Shown piece after piece: positions 27,589-32,000 of a stretch of DNA of 32,000 nucleotides (the first letter of the stretch is position 1; every line of letters begins with the position of its first letter). The position numbers and the translations under genes are program-made. Where the stretch lies: assembly GCF_003945235.1 (NCBI RefSeq), contig NZ_RSDW01000001.1, positions 1,620,001 through 1,652,000 of the forward strand. Direction: 5' to 3'. The DNA is from Edaphobacter aggregans. GTDB lineage: Bacteria > Acidobacteriota > Terriglobia > Terriglobales > Acidobacteriaceae. The notes beneath the pieces were generated by a model that saw only the letters and a list, made by a program, of their open reading frames with translations, did no database searches and was not told the DNA's origin.

Positions 27589-27774
27589 ACCCCAAAACTA
27601 GGTACTTATCCTGAGCACAAGCCGTGTGCCCCATCCAAAGCGCGCCTGCTCGAGCGAAGGTTGGGGTCTCAAAGGAAGTTGAAGGAAGACGAGTCAGAAG
27701 TTGTTCGAAATTTTCATTCATCCAAATGGAACCACCAGCATCCTATTATCCAGTCAGGAGATTCGAACCGAAAA

Positions 27775-28545
27775 ATGAAACCTACTGGAAACACCATCCT
27801 CATCACCGGTGGCGGCACCGGAATCGGTCGCGGCCTCGCAGAAGCCTTCCACAAACTCGGCAATAAAGTCATCATCGCCGGCCGCCGCAAGCAGGTCCTC
27901 TACGAGACCACCGCCGCCAACCCCGGCATGGCTTCCACCGTTCTCAACATCGAAGACCCCGCCGACATCCGCAAGGTCGCCGCGCAACTAGCGAAGGACC
28001 ACCCCGCCCTCAACGTCGTCATCCACAACGCTGGCATCATGCGCCCCGAAAACCTTCTGGCTCAACCGGAAACCGCCGACGCCGAAGCCATCGTCACCAC
28101 CAACCTCCTAGGCCCCATCCGCCTCACCGCGGCCCTGCTCCCCCAACTCCAGAAGCAACCCCACGCCACCATCGTGACCGTCACTTCCGGCCTGGCCTTC
28201 GTTCCCCTGGCCATCACCCCCACTTACTGCGCCACAAAGGCCGCCATTCACTCCTGGAGCCAGTCCCTCCGCTACCAGCTCAAATCCACCAACGTCGAAG
28301 TCGTCGAACTCGCCCCGCCGTACGTCCAGACTGAACTCATGGGCAGCGCCCAGGCCGCCGACCCCCGTGCCATGCCTCTCAACGACTACATCAACGAGGT
28401 CCTCGAAATAATCAAGACCCAGCCCAAAGCCACCGAAATCCTCGTCGAACGCGTCAAACCTCTCCGCTCTGCCGAACACAGCGGTACAGAAAGATACGCG
28501 GCATTCTTTAATCAATTCAACGACGCCATGAACCACCCCGATTAA
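27775..28545 (+). CDS. short-chain dehydrogenase/reductase (classical SDR, DltE/COG3967-like)
   Basis: ILITGGGTGIGRGLA (TGxxxGxG), NAGIM, and catalytic YCATKAAIHSW (YxxxK). The track ORF begins at 27565, but that part is the antiporter remnant. I use the ATG at 27775. Confidence 0.9.
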   Translation: MKPTGNTILITGGGTGIGRGLAEAFHKLGNKVIIAGRRKQVLYETTAANPGMASTVLNIEDPADIRKVAAQLAKDHPALNVVIHNAGIMRPENLLAQPETADAEAIVTTNLLGPIRLTAALLPQLQKQPHATIVTVTSGLAFVPLAITPTYCATKAAIHSWSQSLRYQLKSTNVEVVELAPPYVQTELMGSAQAADPRAMPLNDYINEVLEIIKTQPKATEILVERVKPLRSAEHSGTERYAAFFNQFNDAMNHPD

Positions 28546-28591
28546 ACTCGTCTCCACGGAGTCGCTACGACAGATTCAAGATTTTTGCAAT

Positions 28592-28623
28592 CAGAGGCCT
28601 CAAGCTAAGCCTTGAGGTCTCTG
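28592..28623. other. 13-bp-stem hairpin in the convergent spacer, located at the skew switch
   Basis: CAGAGGCCTCAAG (28592-28604), loop CTAAGC, CTTGAGGTCTCTG (28611-28623), with one G-T position. Neither strand has a flanking U-tract, so it is not a canonical intrinsic terminator. Confidence 0.5.
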
Positions 28624-28718
28624 TAAGGCAAAGCAAGAGCACCAAGGATCTGCGGCGTGACCACCAGAAGAGGAAACGCAACGGCAACCATGAAGAGCTC
28701 GTGGGGCTAGTTATGAGT

Positions 28719-29018
28719 TCATAAAGGCCGGACCAGGGGAAGGTCGTCTTCGTTGTTGTTCTGGTGGAGCTTGATCTTGATGTTGTCCCAGACGTTGTCG
28801 CTTGGCTCGTAGACGGGTTCGAAGAGACTCTTGGCGTGCTCAGCAATGGTCTCGAGATCGCGGACGAGCGCGGCACAGTCGGGATTTTTCTGGAGGAAGC
28901 TCTGGAGTCGTGGGTCCGTGCTGACGCGTCCGTTGGTCGCAGCAAAGAGATCTGGCAGGTATTGTTCAAATTCTGCAATGGTCATAGTTTCTGGATCTGG
29001 GAAGATAAAGTCGGTCAT
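28719..29018 (-). CDS. anti-sigma-factor-like protein (N-terminal anti-sigma domain only, no TM segment)
   Basis: 99 aa. The ATG overlaps the sigma gene stop (ATGA, 29015-29018). The pattern FEQYLPDL....[24 protein letters not shown] resembles the anti-sigma domain with a degenerate H-x3-C-x2-C (one Cys only), followed by the common P..VW..I motif. Confidence 0.5.
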   Translation of the reverse strand: MTDFIFPDPETMTIAEFEQYLPDLFAATNGRVSTDPRLQSFLQKNPDCAALVRDLETIAEHAKSLFEPVYEPSDNVWDNIKIKLHQNNNEDDLPLVRPL

Positions 29019-29677
29019 CGCGCCGCCTCCTGGAGGCCGGTCTGCTGGGTGAGCTGTTCGGGTTGGCGAAGGAGCTCGCGGAGCTTGAGCCGGGCCTTAT
29101 GGAGTTGGGATTTACTGTTGCCTGTTGAACATTCGAGCATCGTGGCAATCTCATTATGCTCGAAGCCTTCTACGTCATGAAGGACAAAGACCATGCGGTA
29201 GCCGGGAGGAAGCGAGGCGACGGCGCGTTCGAGGGCGACGCGGTCGACTGAGCCTGAGAGTTGCGGATCGCGGCTGCCGAAGTCGCGCTTGGGTGCATCT
29301 TCTTCCGATGGATTGATGGTCTCCTCGAGCGAGACGAGGTTGAGGCCTTTTTTGCGGAGGTGCATGAGGACGAGGTTCACCGTGAGACGGTGGAGCCAGG
29401 TCGAGAAGGCGGACTCTCCGCGGAAGCTGCCGATTTTGCGGAAGAGGTGCAGGAATGCCTCCTGGGTCATGTCCTCGGCTTCGGAGACATTGCCCAGCAT
29501 CCGAAGGCAGAGTGTATAGACGCGGCGTTTATGCAGGGCATAAAGCTTGGAGAACGCTTCCGCGTCTCCCGCTTTTGCGGCTTCGATGGCTTCCGCCTCA
29601 CCAGCGATGGGCGGATTACGTTTAAAGAGGCCTGGAACGGGCTTGGGCTCTGTCATCTGTAGGCCTTCTGAACTCAT
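29015..29677 (-). CDS. ECF-type RNA polymerase sigma-70 family factor
   Basis: Region 2: [61 protein letters not shown]. Region 4: [46 protein letters not shown]. An alternative ATG at 29656 has GAAGG upstream. Confidence 0.9.
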   Translation of the reverse strand: MSSEGLQMTEPKPVPGLFKRNPPIAGEAEAIEAAKAGDAEAFSKLYALHKRRVYTLCLRMLGNVSEAEDMTQEAFLHLFRKIGSFRGESAFSTWLHRLTVNLVLMHLRKKGLNLVSLEETINPSEEDAPKRDFGSRDPQLSGSVDRVALERAVASLPPGYRMVFVLHDVEGFEHNEIATMLECSTGNSKSQLHKARLKLRELLRQPEQLTQQTGLQEAAR

Positions 29678-29682
29678 AGGCT

Positions 29683-29709
29683 GGACTCCGTGGTTTTGTT
29701 GTCGTTCAC
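29683..29709 (-). promoter_or_regulatory. candidate ECF-type (autoregulatory) promoter
   Basis: The minus strand reads GTGAAC (29709-29704), 17 nt, then GTCC (29686-29683), resembling GGAAC-N16/17-CGTC-type ECF promoters. It would place the TSS near the first ATG, favouring the second ATG (29656). Pattern match only. Confidence 0.25.
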
Positions 29710-29827
29710 CGCTTCGTTTTGCCTATCTGAAGCCTACCGTAAACGGGGGAGAGCTGCTTTGTATAAAAGACACAAATTACTTTGAGTCGTGTTGAGCGCA
29801 AAAGGTTGTGTCGCCGGTTAAGCCGAC

Positions 29828-29836
29828 TGTGGATAA
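29828..29836 (-). promoter_or_regulatory. perfect consensus DnaA box (TTATCCACA on the minus strand)
   Basis: The + strand reads TGTGGATAA at 29828-29836, in the 177-bp thiF/ECF-sigma spacer. An AT-rich 28-mer (29758-29785, 6 G/C of 28) lies nearby. A single box could occur by chance. Confidence 0.3.
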
Positions 29837-29854
29837 ACCTATGAAAATGAAAGG

Positions 29855-30952
29855 TCAGGAGCCTATAAACCGGGCGTAAAGAGAGCGGGCAATGGTTACG
29901 TCGGTGGTGCCCTGGATAATGGCGCGGCCATCCGCAAAGAGAGTGAGGGTGTGTGGCGGGCGGTCGAAGCGGAGGAGGAGTTCGTTGAAACGGACCTGAC
30001 CGTGGGGTGCCAGACGGTCGCGCATCGCGGCGAAGTCGACGGGGCGGTGATGCTCATGGATCTGGACGGAATTTCGACCGCAGAGTGTGATGTGCGGGCG
30101 GCCTTCGCCGGCGAGATGCGTGAAGACTCGTTGGGCGCAGACGGTGCATGCGGGGTTGGGTTTGGAGGTGCTGATCTCGCTACGGTCGTTGGTCCAGAGG
30201 TCGAAGGAGAGGAGGGTGCGGCGGATGAGGTGGGGCTGGCCGGTGAGCAGTTTGAGGGCTTCGGTGACCTGGATGGAGGCTGCGAGGTTGACAGCGGTGG
30301 AGAGGATGCCGGAGGTGTCGCAGGTCTCGACGGGGCCGGAGGGGGGCTTGGGGAAGAGGCAGGCAAGACAGGAAGTAGGAAGTAGGGAGTAGGAAGTAGA
30401 AGGCGGAGAGGTCGGGTCAGGTTTGGGGAGGATGGTCATGGTGGCGGCGTAGGCACCGATGGCGGCGGCGTAGATCCAGGGCTTGGATTGCTGGACGGCG
30501 TAGTCGTTGATGAGGTAGCGGGTTTCGAAGTTATCGGTAGCGTCGAGGATAATGTGGGCAGCGGCGAGGAGTTCGTGGATGTTGGCGGGGACGAGGTCGG
30601 TGATCTGAGGATGGACGGTGATGGTGGAGTTGAAGAGGGAAATCTTGCGGCGAGCGGCTTCGGCCTTGGGGAGGGATTGGATGGCGTCGGACTCGTCGAA
30701 GAGGATTTGACGCTGGAGGTTGGAGGATTCGACGAAGTCGCGATCGATAAGGGTGAGAGTGCCAATGCCGGCGCGGGCGAGCAGAGAGGCTGCTGCTGCT
30801 CCGGTGGCTCCGCAGCCGACGACGGCGATGTGGGAGGTGGCGAGCATCTGCTGTCCGGCGGGGCCGATTCCGGGAAAGAGGATCTGACGGGAGTAGCGGT
30901 CGTCGGAGGTAATTTCAGAGGCGGCGGTAGGTAGTTGTGAAGACTGAGGCAT
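29855..30952 (-). CDS. ThiF/MoeB/HesA-family E1-like adenylyltransferase with C-terminal extension
   Basis: RYSRQILFPGIG..GQQML, nucleotide-binding VVGCGATGAAAASLLARAGIG.LTLIDRDFVESSNLQRQ, Zn-type cysteine pairs (CLAC, CTVC), and a ~90-aa C-terminal domain ending LFADGRAIIQGTTDVTIARSLYARFIG. Confidence 0.85.
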   Translation of the reverse strand: MPQSSQLPTAASEITSDDRYSRQILFPGIGPAGQQMLATSHIAVVGCGATGAAAASLLARAGIGTLTLIDRDFVESSNLQRQILFDESDAIQSLPKAEAARRKISLFNSTITVHPQITDLVPANIHELLAAAHIILDATDNFETRYLINDYAVQQSKPWIYAAAIGAYAATMTILPKPDPTSPPSTSYSLLPTSCLACLFPKPPSGPVETCDTSGILSTAVNLAASIQVTEALKLLTGQPHLIRRTLLSFDLWTNDRSEISTSKPNPACTVCAQRVFTHLAGEGRPHITLCGRNSVQIHEHHRPVDFAAMRDRLAPHGQVRFNELLLRFDRPPHTLTLFADGRAIIQGTTDVTIARSLYARFIGS

Positions 30953-31179
30953 GGCGTGGCTTTGTGCGCCCTAAGACGCTGCTCTTTCGTAGTATAGGGG
31001 GTATAGCAAAAGCATGGTTGCGCGGGAGCTGGCGGACTCCGCAGAGAATTCCGGCATCCAAGCTTGCAGAGCTTGCTGGCGCAAGTTCAGCGGTTCGCCG
31101 CGTGGGCGGAGGTACGCTTACGTGATGCTGGATAGGGATGCGTGGCTAGGACGGCGTGATTTTCAACAGGAACAGATGG

Positions 31180-32000
31180 GTGTTTTTTTTGGGTCATGGA
31201 CGGAGAGATCGAGCGCCAGCGTCACGCAGCAGGGTGGGGCTGGGCCTTGTCTTTTTGTTGATGACTGGTTTCGCCCATGGACAGGTGGTGAGTCAGGAGA
31301 TGCAGGCGACTGGCTCCGCTGTGGAGGTAGAACAGGCAGCTCCGCTGGTACCTCCTGCGGCTGATCCTCAAGCTCCTACGGCTTTGTCGCCGCAACAACA
31401 GAATGAGGGATTGCCAGCTAGTCGACCGGAGTTGGCGACGACTGTGTGGCAATGGAAGGGCATCCGGGTCGACAAGATCGAGTTTGAGGGAGTGATGTTC
31501 GATGCCGATGATCCGCTTCTGAAAGAGTTAGACCAAAGAGCGGGAGAACCGCTCGATCCGATGAAGGTGCGGGCAAGCACGCGGAGACTGTTTGCCAGTG
31601 GGCGCTATCGCGACATTGAGGTGCGTGGGGTGAGACAGGGCGATGGGATGACGTTGATCTTTGCTGGGGTCCCGCAGTTCTTTGTGGGGCGAGTGACGAT
31701 TGCGGGGGTAAGGGACGATCAGCTGACATCGCTGCTGAAATACGGAACCCAACTCTCGCCGGGAACGCCGCTGTCGCAGGGGGCGATACCGGCTGGGTCC
31801 ACGGGAATCAAACAGCTTCTGGAACTGCAGGGACGACATGAGCCCAAGGTCTCGGCGGCCACGACGGCAGATAAAGAGAATCACCAGATGAATGTGGCGT
31901 ACACGGTCGATATTGGGCCACAGGCGCGGGTGGGACAGGTGACGATTGTGGGAGCGGACCCTGGGCTCACGGTGGAGGAGTTTCGCAAAATAGGCAGACT
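31180..32000 (+). CDS. bamA: outer membrane protein assembly factor BamA, N-terminal part (runs off the right edge)
   Basis: Open frame from 31150 to the window end; absent from the ORF track because it has no stop. Signal-like RRDRAPASRSRVGLGLVFLLMTGFAHG/QV. POTRA-like repeats follow: IRVDKIEFEGV..D..L...L....GEPLD...V....RRLFASGRYRDIEV and VGRVTIAGV.., ARVGQVTIVGADPGLTVEEFRK. I propose the GTG at 31180 as start (AGGAA 7 nt upstream), but the start is uncertain. Confidence 0.7.
   Translation, partial: MFFLGHGRRDRAPASRSRVGLGLVFLLMTGFAHGQVVSQEMQATGSAVEVEQAAPLVPPAADPQAPTALSPQQQNEGLPASRPELATTVWQWKGIRVDKIEFEGVMFDADDPLLKELDQRAGEPLDPMKVRASTRRLFASGRYRDIEVRGVRQGDGMTLIFAGVPQFFVGRVTIAGVRDDQLTSLLKYGTQLSPGTPLSQGAIPAGSTGIKQLLELQGRHEPKVSAATTADKENHQMNVAYTVDIGPQARVGQVTIVGADPGLTVEEFRKIGR

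Noticed and set aside
27754-27772. tRNA-like T-arm string GGAGATTCGAACC.
   Set aside because: No flanking complementary stems, acceptor arm or anticodon arm could be drawn. It is the SD region of the SDR gene.
29855-30952. ThiF-family E1 as part of a ubiquitin-like conjugation or defence module.
   Set aside because: No Ubl, E2-like, JAB or CD-NTase gene is adjacent. The protein has the ordinary MoeB/ThiF layout, so a housekeeping sulfur-carrier activation role is more parsimonious.
31176-31191. T8 homopolymer (31183-31190) between an out-of-frame ATG (31176) and the bamA frame. A T7 tract would put that ATG in frame, suggesting phase variation or a sequencing error.
   Set aside because: The GTG at 31180 is already in frame and has better SD spacing (AGGAA 7 nt upstream, against 3 nt for the ATG). 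No frameshift is needed.
31014-31364. 116-aa + strand ORF upstream of and overlapping the bamA 5' region.
   Set aside because: It is in a different frame from the POTRA-containing reading frame, has no signal peptide or motifs, and is Gly/Trp-rich as expected for an off-frame read of G-rich DNA.

Overview
GC-rich bacterial chromosomal window, probably Acidobacteriota (Terriglobia-like). That guess is an inference from a VWFA-related 'acidobacterial' secreted protein, a TAT-exported Gfo/Idh/MocA oxidoreductase, a coiled-coil porin and characteristic intergenic hairpin repeats. I can support about 30 protein genes. I found no rRNA, tRNA, CRISPR array, transposase or integrase. The core of the window is an 11.6-kb same-strand housekeeping array on the minus strand: LptC/LptA-like giant, lptB, rpoN, hpf, rapZ, MsbA-like ABC exporter, yicC, gmk, rpoZ, family-4 UDG. 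Other genes are priA, ppa, an IHF-like gene, a partial dcd, glyQ-glyS, a ThiF/MoeB E1-like enzyme, an ECF sigma with a short anti-sigma-like partner, and the 5' part of bamA. The most unusual signal is not a gene. Around 28.55-28.72 kb the strand composition flips sharply, and the flip does not depend on coding strand. To the left the + strand is C/A-rich; to the right it is G/T-rich. This is an origin-type polarity switch or a rearrangement breakpoint, and two gene remnants lie next to it: a Na+/H+ antiporter 3' fragment, and an anti-sigma gene separated from its putative TM anchor by two in-frame stops. Secondary observations are a single 867-aa ORF occupying the lptC+lptA position, an acidic orphan protein, degenerate heptanucleotide tandem repeats inside priA and thiF, several intergenic hairpin repeat families, an orphan promoter/terminator pair, and small ORFs below the 60-aa cutoff. 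All functional calls come from reading motifs by eye; no database search was run.
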